64,000 bases of DNA. Origin: an uncultured Acidobacteriota bacterium. Lineage in GTDB: Bacteria > Acidobacteriota > Vicinamibacteria > Vicinamibacterales > 2-12-FULL-66-21. The translations under genes were made by a program, and so were the position numbers. This document shows, one piece after another, positions 38,028-45,992 of the stretch (position 1 is its first letter; every line of letters begins with the position of its first letter). Where the stretch lies: positions 70,949 through 134,948 of the forward strand of contig CAWDPQ010000019.1 in assembly GCA_963804245.1 (NCBI GenBank). Direction: 5' to 3'. The notes beneath the pieces were generated by a model. It saw nothing but the letters and a program-made list of their open reading frames with translations. It was not told the origin of the DNA and did not search any database.

Positions 38028-39317
38028 ATGAAATCTCTAATGCTCCTGCTTGCCCTGACCCCTCTCTCGATGCAGTCACCCGCATCCGAGCAGGGGTTCG
38101 TAACACTTTTCAACGGAAAGGATTTCACCGGCTGGAAGATCAGCAATCCAGCCTCCTTCAAGATCGAGAACGGCGCCATCGTCGCGAACGGCACCGCCGG
38201 CCACGCCTACTACGACGGTCCGGTCGGCAAGACCTTCCGCAATTTCGAGTTGAAGATCGACGTGATGACGAAGCCAAACTCGAACGGTGGCGTTTACGTG
38301 ATGACGGAGTTCCAGGAAAAAGGCTTTCCGTCGAAGGGATTCGAGATTCAGGTGAACAACACCTACAAGGATCCCGTGAAGAGCGGAAGCCTCTACCACG
38401 TGCAGGACATCTTCGAGCCGCCGGCGAAAGACGACGAGTGGTTCACGGAACACATCATCGCGCAGGGCGAGACGATTACCGTGCGGGTCAATGACAAACA
38501 GGTCGTGCAGTGGACGCAGCCCGGCGACTGGAACGGTGGACGCGAGGGGCCGGGCCGGCGGCTCGGTTCGGGCACGATCGCGCTGCAGGCACACGATCCG
38601 GGCAGTACCGTCTACTACAAGAACATCCGCATCAAGCCGCTCGACTCCGCGCAGTCGCAGGGTGCGTCGACGGCGCAGGCGCCCGCGCCGGCAGCCGGTC
38701 AGGGACGCGGCAACCAGCCGGCGCAACCCATGACGTTCTTCGTCACCAGCGTCGGCCTCGGCAAGGGTGCGAACCTTGGCGGGCTGGCGGGTGCCGACGC
38801 GCACTGTCAGGCGCTCGCCACCGCCGTCGGGGCCGGCGGCCGTCAGTGGCGCGCCTACCTGAGCACGCAGGGACCGAACGCGGTCAACGCACGCGACCGC
38901 ATCGGCAAGGGACCCTGGCACAACGTGAAAGGTGCGTCGGTTGCCCGCGATCTCGAACACCTGCACGGCGACACGATTGATCTCGCGCGCATGGGGAACA
39001 CGTTGACCCGTGCGACTGCGCTCAGCGAAAAGGGTGAACCGATCAAAGGGGCGGGCGACACGCCCAATCAGCACGACATTCTGACCGGCTCGCAGCTCGA
39101 CGGCCGCGCGTTCACCGACGGCGCCGACCACACGTGCAACAACTGGACGAGCGACGGCACTGGCTCCGCACAGGTTGGCCACCACGATCGCGCGGGCGGT
39201 CCTGGTGTCTCATGGAATTCCGTGCATGCCAGCAAAGGATGCAGTCAGGAAAACCTGGTCGGTACCGGCGGTGCCGGACTCTTGTATTGCTTCTCCCCAG
39301 GAACTGCTGGACAGTAG
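38028..39317 (+). CDS. Secreted two-domain protein: DUF1080 domain + Ala/Gln/Pro linker + Cys-containing DUF1554/endostatin-like (C-type-lectin-fold) domain
   Basis: ORF 38010-39317; ATG 38028 gives signal MKSLMLLLALTPLSMQSPAS. The N-half has FNGKDFTGWK...IALQAHDPGSTVYYKNIRI. The C-half has FFVTSVGLGKGANLGGLAGADAHCQALA...WRAYLST...CNNWTS...GCS...LLYCF. The C-domain family is named from memory. Confidence 0.7.
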   Translation: MKSLMLLLALTPLSMQSPASEQGFVTLFNGKDFTGWKISNPASFKIENGAIVANGTAGHAYYDGPVGKTFRNFELKIDVMTKPNSNGGVYVMTEFQEKGFPSKGFEIQVNNTYKDPVKSGSLYHVQDIFEPPAKDDEWFTEHIIAQGETITVRVNDKQVVQWTQPGDWNGGREGPGRRLGSGTIALQAHDPGSTVYYKNIRIKPLDSAQSQGASTAQAPAPAAGQGRGNQPAQPMTFFVTSVGLGKGANLGGLAGADAHCQALATAVGAGGRQWRAYLSTQGPNAVNARDRIGKGPWHNVKGASVARDLEHLHGDTIDLARMGNTLTRATALSEKGEPIKGAGDTPNQHDILTGSQLDGRAFTDGADHTCNNWTSDGTGSAQVGHHDRAGGPGVSWNSVHASKGCSQENLVGTGGAGLLYCFSPGTAGQ

Positions 39318-39360
39318 ATCAATTGCCCGCCGTCGCCTTGGCGGCGGCGGGAGTTGAAAA

Positions 39361-40317
39361 ATGGCCTATCCCATCCTGGGCCTCCATCACGTCACCGCCA
39401 CCGTAGACGATGCGCAGGCGGATCTCGACTTTTTCGCCGGCGCCCTCGGCCTGCGGCTGCTGAAGAAGACCGTCAACTTCGACAACCATCACGTCTTCCA
39501 CTTCTACTACGGAGACGAGCGGGGAACGCCGGGGACGATCTGGACGACGTTTCCCTATCGCGGCCACGGTGTGCCGGTCGGCATCAAGGGCGTCGGCCAG
39601 ATCGGCGTCACGTCGTTTTCGGTTCCCGCCGGCTCGCTGGGGTTCTGGAAGTCCCGCCTGTATGAGGCCGGCAGGGATGTGCACGAACAGCCACCGCGCT
39701 TCGGCGAGGAGTCGATTCTCGTCGAGGATCCGTCGGGTCTGGCCATCGAGCTCGTTGCCAACGATCGCGATTCGCGCGAGCCGTGGAGCGCCAGCGTGCC
39801 GCCACGGGCGGCGGTGCGGGGACTGCACAGCGTCTCGCTGCTCGTGCGATCTCCCGCGCAAACGCTGGAGCTCTTGACCGAACTGCTCGGCTTTCACGTC
39901 GTGAACGAAGAAGCCGGGCGCTTCCGCATTGCCGTCAATCGCGACGAACCGGGAAAAACCATCGACATCGTCGAGGATCATGCATCGCCCCCCTCGATTA
40001 ACGGCCTGGGCACCGTGCATCATGTTGCGCTGGCCATCGATGGTGAGCACGAGCAGCTGCTGTTGCGGGAAGAGCTCGTGCGCCGCGGCTACAAGGTCAC
40101 CCAGGTCCTCGATCGTCAGTACTTTCGATCGATTTATTTTCGCGAGCCTGGTGGGGTGCTGCTCGAGGTGGCGACCATTGCGCCAGGATTTGCCGTGGAC
40201 GAGCCGCTGGCGTCTTTGGGGCAGGATCTCAAGCTTCCGCCGTGGGAGGAGCCAAACCGGTCAGTGATCGAGGCCGGCCTGCCGGCCGTGACGATCAACG
40301 AGCCAGGATCGCACTGA
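39361..40317 (+). CDS. Ring-cleaving dioxygenase, VOC/glyoxalase superfamily (two-domain, MhqO-like)
   Basis: ORF 39361-40317. ILGLHHVTATVDDAQADLDFF...HFYYGD and a second VOC repeat GLHSVSLLV...VHHVALAI. Confidence 0.8.
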   Translation: MAYPILGLHHVTATVDDAQADLDFFAGALGLRLLKKTVNFDNHHVFHFYYGDERGTPGTIWTTFPYRGHGVPVGIKGVGQIGVTSFSVPAGSLGFWKSRLYEAGRDVHEQPPRFGEESILVEDPSGLAIELVANDRDSREPWSASVPPRAAVRGLHSVSLLVRSPAQTLELLTELLGFHVVNEEAGRFRIAVNRDEPGKTIDIVEDHASPPSINGLGTVHHVALAIDGEHEQLLLREELVRRGYKVTQVLDRQYFRSIYFREPGGVLLEVATIAPGFAVDEPLASLGQDLKLPPWEEPNRSVIEAGLPAVTINEPGSH

Positions 40318-40933
40318 CAGCGTCGAGCTCGTCGCGAATCACCGTGTGTCCCATCCGCGGGTAGATTCGTTCGTCCACATCCGCACCCATTCGGCGAAAT
40401 ACTTCCGCCGACTCGTGCACCCGGTCGAGCGGGATGTGCGGGTCGATGTCGCTGCAGCCAAGAAATACAGGCGTCCCGCCGAATGAGCCTGCATAGTGCC
40501 GCGGTGTGCCCGGAGGTCCAATGAGTCCTCCACTCAAGCCGGCGACTCCGGCGAAACGCTGCGCGTGACGGGCGGCGAATTCGAGAGACAAACATGCTCC
40601 CTGCGAGAAGCCAATCATCACGATGCGATCGGGCGTGACACCGTCCCGTCCCACCTGCTCGATGAGACCCGACATGACGCCCAAGCCGGACGTGATGCCC
40701 GGTTCGTTCTGTTCGATCGGCGCGAGAAAGGAATATGGATACCAGGTGTGTCCGGCAGCCTGCGGCGCCAGATACGCGACATCCTTCGGACGCAGTTCCT
40801 GCGTCAAGGTGAGAATATCCTCCGCCGAAGCGCCGCGGCCATGGATCAGGATGGCCACGAGTCGCGCGTCGGCTGGCGCCGGTCCGCGGTGCAGGACGGG
40901 CTGGCCGGCGTGAGGGTCTTGGGTTGCCGCCAT
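40295..40933 (-). CDS. Alpha/beta hydrolase, phospholipase/carboxylesterase (MhqD/dienelactone-hydrolase-like)
   Basis: ORF 40295-40933. ILIHGRGASAEDIL and GFSQGA nucleophile elbow. Its 3' end overlaps the convergent dioxygenase gene by 23 nt. Confidence 0.8.
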   Translation of the reverse strand: MAATQDPHAGQPVLHRGPAPADARLVAILIHGRGASAEDILTLTQELRPKDVAYLAPQAAGHTWYPYSFLAPIEQNEPGITSGLGVMSGLIEQVGRDGVTPDRIVMIGFSQGACLSLEFAARHAQRFAGVAGLSGGLIGPPGTPRHYAGSFGGTPVFLGCSDIDPHIPLDRVHESAEVFRRMGADVDERIYPRMGHTVIRDELDAVSAILAR

Positions 40934-40961
40934 GTTCGACGTCGTTAGTGGAGAGGCTGGG

Positions 40962-41432
40962 TCAGCGGGTTACCGGTGCCGCTGCGGTGAAGGTGCGGGT
41001 GACGGCGATGCCGTTCGCACCAAGTAATCCCTGATCGCGTCCATCGAGGACGATGCGGACGGCTCCGGCGTCACCGGCGCGGACAACGATCGTTCGAGCC
41101 GGGCGGAGTGTCACGCGCTCGTTTGCCTGAAGCTCACGTTCGACCACGCGCGCACCGTCGACGGTTGCGCGTATCCACACGCGGCGAACGGCGGCGAGCT
41201 CACCCTGCAGCATTCCGGGGATGGGCTGCGTCGCGCTGGGCGCAATGGCCGCTGGGATGGCGCCGCTCTGTGAGGGCGCCGGCGTGGATGTGGCGGCCGA
41301 CCGGTCGTCCGGTGAGCCCCGCCAGGTCCGCGTCAGCATGAAGCCCGTGGCAACCACAGCGACCGCGCCAACGATGACTCCGGTTCTCGGAAGGGGCCGC
41401 CGGGACGCTGCCACCCGCGCGGGGTACGGCAT
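40962..41432 (-). CDS. Membrane-anchored DUF4115 (RodZ C-terminal domain) protein lacking the usual N-terminal HTH
   Basis: ORF 40962-41555. ATG 41432 gives MPYPARVAASRRPLPRTGVIVGAVAVVATGFML (TM), a Pro/Ser/Ala linker, then VWIRATVDGARVVERELQANERVTLRPARTIVVRAGDAGAVRIVLDG. Confidence 0.6.
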   Translation of the reverse strand: MPYPARVAASRRPLPRTGVIVGAVAVVATGFMLTRTWRGSPDDRSAATSTPAPSQSGAIPAAIAPSATQPIPGMLQGELAAVRRVWIRATVDGARVVERELQANERVTLRPARTIVVRAGDAGAVRIVLDGRDQGLLGANGIAVTRTFTAAAPVTR

Positions 41433-41472
41433 CGGCTCGTCGTAGGTCGTGACCACGGGCCGGACCTCTTCA

Positions 41473-41679
41473 TCAAGGCACCACGGGTGGCGGAGCGGGA
41501 GACAGGGGAGCCGAATCGTTGCGACCGTCCTTTCTGAACGAGCCGACGAATGCATCGAATGCGTCGCTGGCGTCCTTACGTCGTTTGCGAGACTGTTCTA
41601 CCTCGATCCGGAGGCGTTCGAGCTTGTCCTGCGCAGCCTGTTCATCGAACGGCGTGTAGGTGTAGTGCTCGCCGGCCAT
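41473..41679 (-). CDS. 68-codon charged/coiled-coil ORF ending in a double stop, immediately upstream of the DUF4115 gene (it could be its detached N-terminus)
   Basis: ORF 41473-41679: MAGEHYTYTPFDEQAAQDKLERLRIEVEQSRKRRKDASDAFDAFVGSF... ends TGA TGA. No family recognised. Confidence 0.35.
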   Translation of the reverse strand: MAGEHYTYTPFDEQAAQDKLERLRIEVEQSRKRRKDASDAFDAFVGSFRKDGRNDSAPLSPAPPPVVP

Positions 41680-41710
41680 TCGAGTAGTTCACATCCTCTT
41701 GATCCCGCCG

Positions 41711-42749
41711 TCAAGCAGAACCGACATCGGCCGGGCGGACGGCCGGCGTGCTGTCGGCGGCCGGAAGCTGCAGCTCCGCGCGGAGGCCGCCAGCAGGCGA
41801 ATCGCTCAGCGCGATCGACCCGCCGTACAACTCCGCGAGGTCACGCACGATTCCCAGCCCGAACCCGGAACCGGCCGCGGCCTCGTCCGCCCTGACGCCC
41901 CGCTGGAGCACCGCCTCGCGCATCGCAGCAGGCAGGCCCGGCCCATCGTCATCCACGATGATCGCGATGACGCCATTCTTCTGTGTTGACGCGATCGTGA
42001 TCGCGGATTGTGCCCATTTGCAGGCGTTGTCGAGCAGGTTGCCCAACATCTCGTCGACGTCCTCGCGCTGACTGCGCACCGTGTGATGCCGCGGCGATGT
42101 GCACGGAGATGCGGAGCCCGCGGGCAGCGTGCAAACGCTGCAGCGTTCGCGTCAGGCCTTGCGCTGATTCCAGGAGCGAACAGCGAGCACCTGGTGTCGC
42201 GCCGGAAGCGGCCGCGCGGGCGTGGGCCAGGTGATATTCGATCTGCCGCCGCATGCGTTCCACTTGCTGGCCGATTGTGGTGGCCAGCTCGGTGTGACCG
42301 TCTGTTTCTGCTCGCTCTGCTTCCTGTGCCAGTACGGCGAGCGGAGTCTTCAACCCATGCGCGAGATCGCCGGCCTTGGCGACGGCTCGTCGAACCATCT
42401 GCTCCTGATGGTCCAACAGCGCATTCAGGTCGTCGACGAGCGGTTGCACTTCCGCCGGGTAGTCTCCGGCCACACGTCGATCGCGTCCCGCGTGAACGGC
42501 TCCGAGCCGGTTGCGGAGCTGGTTGAGCGGAGAGACGCCTCGCTTCACCTGCGACAATCCGACGACAAGGCACACGAGGGCGAGGACCGTGAAGGCGAAC
42601 GCGTGCGAGTAGGCGGCGCCATGCATCAGGCGAGGCCCGGAAGGATAGCGAATGAAGACCACCGTCATCACGGTAACCGCGCCAATGCACAACCCCGCCG
42701 TCCACAGCGCCGCTCCCAGCAGGAGGCGCGAGCGGAGCGATGACGTCAC
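41711..42749 (-). pseudogene. Sensor histidine kinase (two TM, HAMP, HisKA, HATPase); one frame break (~42079)
   Basis: Sensor, HAMP and H-box (AGDLAHGLKTPLAVL) are in ORF 41949-42749. N-box to G2-box (LGNLLDNACKWA...DDDGPGL...GSGFGLGIV) is in ORF 41711-42079. Removing one G at CAC-G(G)TG joins them. Confidence 0.8.
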
Positions 42750-43414
42750 TGATCCACTTCCTGACCGATCCGATACCCGAGGCCGCGGACGGTCTGAATG
42801 ATGGATGCGCCAAGTTTTCGCCGGAGCCGTGCGACGAACACTTCGACCGTGTTCGAGTCACGGTCGAGACTCTGTGCGTAGATGTGCTCCGTCAGCTCTC
42901 CCTGGGACACGACACGCCCGCGGTGATGCATCAAGTACGAAAGGACGCGGAACTCATGGCTCGTCAGCTTCACCTGCACGCCGTCGAGCGTCACCCGCGC
43001 CATGCGCGGATCGAGCGCCACCGCCCCGGCCCGGAGCTCCGGCGTGATCTGGCCACTGGCGCGACGGATCAACGCGCGCAGCCGCGCGAGGACTTCTTCC
43101 ATCCTGAACGGCTTGGCAACGTAGTCGTCGGCGCCACCATCGATCCCTTGCACCTTCTCGTGCCAGCTTCCACGGGCCGTCAGTATCAGAACCGGCACGG
43201 GAAGGCCCGCCTCGCGCCACGATCGGATCAGCGTCAATCCGTCGATCATCGGCAGACCGAGATCGAGGACAACGGCATCGTAGTTCTCGGTGCGGATCAG
43301 GAAATCGGCGCGTTCACCGTCGGCGGCACAATCGACGGCGTAACCCGCCTGATCGAGCGCGGCCGACAGCTGCTTCGAGATCAGTACTTCGTCTTCCACA
43401 ACCAGGACCTTCAT
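42746..43414 (-). CDS. OmpR/PhoB-family response regulator
   Basis: ORF 42746-43414. MKVLVVEDE...DLGLP receiver and winged-helix C-domain (TVRGLGYRI). 4-nt overlap with the kinase gene. Confidence 0.9.
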   Translation of the reverse strand: MKVLVVEDEVLISKQLSAALDQAGYAVDCAADGERADFLIRTENYDAVVLDLGLPMIDGLTLIRSWREAGLPVPVLILTARGSWHEKVQGIDGGADDYVAKPFRMEEVLARLRALIRRASGQITPELRAGAVALDPRMARVTLDGVQVKLTSHEFRVLSYLMHHRGRVVSQGELTEHIYAQSLDRDSNTVEVFVARLRRKLGASIIQTVRGLGYRIGQEVDQ

Positions 43415-43429
43415 GACGAACCTTCAACC

Positions 43430-43450
43430 GCACGTAGCACGTAGCACGTC
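43430..43450. repeat. Short heptamer array GCACGTA GCACGTA GCACGTC
   Basis: Same unit as the arrays at 33.4 and 50.5 kb. It lies between the hydrolase stop (43456) and the response-regulator start (43414). Confidence 0.85.
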
Positions 43451-43455
43451 GGCTC

Positions 43456-44676
43456 TTATATCCCACTATCCTCACCAAAGCTGAACGCAGGCTGAACGGC
43501 GGTGGGCGAAGGGTTTTGAAGTTCGTCTAGCGTCGAAGATTCCCCGACTGAGACGACGAACGCCAGCACTTCTCTGAGTACCTCATTTTCCTGGGTAATG
43601 AACAGGTAATGCCCGGCATTGGGGAGCCGAATGACGCGAGCGCCTTCGACACCTCGCTCGAACGCGGCCGCCTGGCGCTCTGTCATCCCCTGATCGAAGC
43701 GGGAGAAGGCGTCGAAGGCCGCCCGATGTTCTGGATACTTGTTGGTCCACGGGCCCAGACCATGAGGACTCGCAAAGATGGCGAGAGTCGGCACTCGGAT
43801 CTCGGTGAAGCGCTGTGAGCCTGCGCCGATCGCTTTCGACGCGGCAGCATGCGTCTTGCTCGGACCCACGCCGCCGGTCGAAGTGCTCGTGCGTACCTGC
43901 CGCAGTTCAGCCTCTGGAAGCGCGTAGCCGTGAACCCGCGACGACCACGCGCGGTACGCCGCAAAATCTGCGAGATCGGAAGGCTCCGCCGGCGGGGCGC
44001 CGCCTGGGAATTCGGGCGTGTTCATCAGCTCATTCAGGTCCTTCTGAAACTCGACCAGCGTCTCTCCGAGCGTCGTCCGTATGACCGTCGACAGCTCCGC
44101 CGGACTGCGTGGTGGTTTACCTAGTTCAGCATCGAGGAGCTCCAACTTGTTTTGTAGCTCCCGCAGATTCTCCCGGACGCCGGGTCGATAGTATGCGTAC
44201 CTGTATGCCGCATCGAGGTAGACGAGGCCAGCGAGACGGCCTGGATGTCGGGAAGCGACGAAGCTGAGCTCCTGGCCGGCGATCGAGTGCCCGATCAGCA
44301 CCGGCTTTTCGATGGACAGGTGGTCGAGCACGGCCAACACGTCTTTGCCCAGGCGATCGACGTCATATCCGGTCTCGGCCAGAGTCGAGGCGCCGTACCC
44401 GCGCCGGGTGATGCCGTAGATGTGGCCGTGGCTGGTCAGCTTGGTGGCGAACTCATCGAACACATGCGCCGTGTTTCCGAGTCCGGCGAGTAACACAATC
44501 GGTCGCCCTGTACCGCCCCAGTCGAGCACCTCGAGCTGCACGTTCTCGTCAACAGCGACCAGCCGGACACGGTGAGGCGATGGGTCGATCCATGACGGAC
44601 CTTGCTGCTCTCCCCCTGGGGTCGTCTGAAGTGCCACAAGCAAGGCGGCGAGATTGACGGCCGACCGAAAACACAT
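43456..44676 (-). CDS. Secreted alpha/beta-fold hydrolase with an inserted helical lid
   Basis: ORF 43456-44676. VLLAGLGNTAHVF, GHSIAG nucleophile elbow, and NAGHYLF near the C-terminus. Confidence 0.75.
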   Translation of the reverse strand: MCFRSAVNLAALLVALQTTPGGEQQGPSWIDPSPHRVRLVAVDENVQLEVLDWGGTGRPIVLLAGLGNTAHVFDEFATKLTSHGHIYGITRRGYGASTLAETGYDVDRLGKDVLAVLDHLSIEKPVLIGHSIAGQELSFVASRHPGRLAGLVYLDAAYRYAYYRPGVRENLRELQNKLELLDAELGKPPRSPAELSTVIRTTLGETLVEFQKDLNELMNTPEFPGGAPPAEPSDLADFAAYRAWSSRVHGYALPEAELRQVRTSTSTGGVGPSKTHAAASKAIGAGSQRFTEIRVPTLAIFASPHGLGPWTNKYPEHRAAFDAFSRFDQGMTERQAAAFERGVEGARVIRLPNAGHYLFITQENEVLREVLAFVVSVGESSTLDELQNPSPTAVQPAFSFGEDSGI

Positions 44677-44805
44677 TGAGTCTCCTGTCTACTAATTACT
44701 TAGTTGATAGTAGACGAGCTGTCAAGGCGCTGGGACCTTCGAACCTTCCGTCTACCACCCTGCAACACTCGGGTAGTAGTCTGCGTAAGCTCTAAGAGAG
44801 AGGAC

Positions 44806-45412
44806 GTGGGCCATCCCGATCGATCTCGAGACGGTCACCGAAAGCCGACTCGTCGCAGAAGCTCTGGCTGGTTCCCAATCGGCATTCGAACAGATCGTCC
44901 GGCGTTACCAGCGGCCCGTCATCAGCCTCATCGTCCGCATTCTGGGGGAGAAGGGTGATCGTGCGACGGCTGAGGATCTCGCTCAGGAGACGTTCGTCAA
45001 GGCCTACCTCAAGCTCGCGGCGTTCGACACGACGCGGCGCTTGTCGAGTTGGTTGTTTCGAATCGCACATAACACCGCCATCGATTCGCTGCGCCGGGCG
45101 CGCGTGACGCTCGTGTCCGTCGACGATCCGGCCGCGGATCCCGAGATTCAAGGCCACTTGCCGACCCCGCCGACTCCGCCCGATCCCGTAGAAGCCGAGG
45201 CGCTTGGCCGCGCTATCCACAAGGCACTCAACGCCTTGCGCTATGAGCATCGGGTAGCGGTCATGCTGCGCTACGAGGAAGGCCTGCCGTTCGAGGAGAT
45301 CGGGCAAGTCCTTGGCGTGCCTGAAGTCACGGCCAGGTCGTTCGTCCACCGTGCCCGCAAGCAACTGGCTGAGCTCCTGACGGCCGGCGGCTGGCAGCCC
45401 TCGGGCGCATGA
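44806..45412 (+). pseudogene. ECF (sigma-70 family, group IV) sigma factor; frame break within the first codons (extra G in GTG-GGC, 44808-44810)
   Basis: Regions 2 and 4 are continuous from 44807 (AIPIDLETVTESRLVAEALAGSQSAFEQIVRRYQRPVISLIVRIL...FRIAHNTAIDSLRR...RARKQLAEL), but this frame has no start codon. GTG 44806 (GAGAGG 4 nt upstream) is one base out of frame. Confidence 0.8.
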
Positions 45413-45470
45413 GTGCAACGCCGCGCCCGTGCGGCCGTAAGCCTAGATAAGGCGGCATTGTCCGCATCGA

Positions 45471-45992
45471 ATGATGGACGACAACCTCAATCGCAGCTAT
45501 CGGCGATGGCACGCGGCAGAGGACTCCGGCCGCGACGATGAGGCGGATGCCGAGCTCAGGACCCTCTTCAGCACCGTGGTCCCGCAGCCCGTTCCAACCA
45601 GCGATTTCACTGCGCGGACGATGGAGGCGGTGGCCGCCGCCGCGGCCCGCGAAGTGCGTCACGCCCGCCGCGTTCGCAGGGGCGTCATCGCCGGCGGAAC
45701 GGTCAGCGCCGTACTCGTGGCGTATTTCGGATCCGGCGTGTTTGTGGGTTTCGGCTCGGGACTCGTTGCGCGCACCGTCGACCTCCTCATTGCGATGGTC
45801 GTGAGGATGGCCGGCGCCGCACAGACCGGCGCGGACATCTGGTCCGTGCTGTCGAGCATGGGGAGGACGGCGGCAGCGGTCGCCGCCGATCCGACGGTGA
45901 CAGTGATGCTGTTTGCGCTGCAGGCGATCGCGCTCGCCGCGCTCGTGGCTCTGCAGCGCCTTCTTGGCGTAGATGAGGAGTCGCTCAAATGA
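45471..45992 (+). CDS. Putative anti-sigma factor / membrane protein
   Basis: ORF 45471-45992. Cytoplasmic acidic N-part, then 3-4 hydrophobic helices. Called from its position after the ECF sigma gene and its 4-nt overlap with the next gene. Confidence 0.5.
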   Translation: MMDDNLNRSYRRWHAAEDSGRDDEADAELRTLFSTVVPQPVPTSDFTARTMEAVAAAAAREVRHARRVRRGVIAGGTVSAVLVAYFGSGVFVGFGSGLVARTVDLLIAMVVRMAGAAQTGADIWSVLSSMGRTAAAVAADPTVTVMLFALQAIALAALVALQRLLGVDEESLK

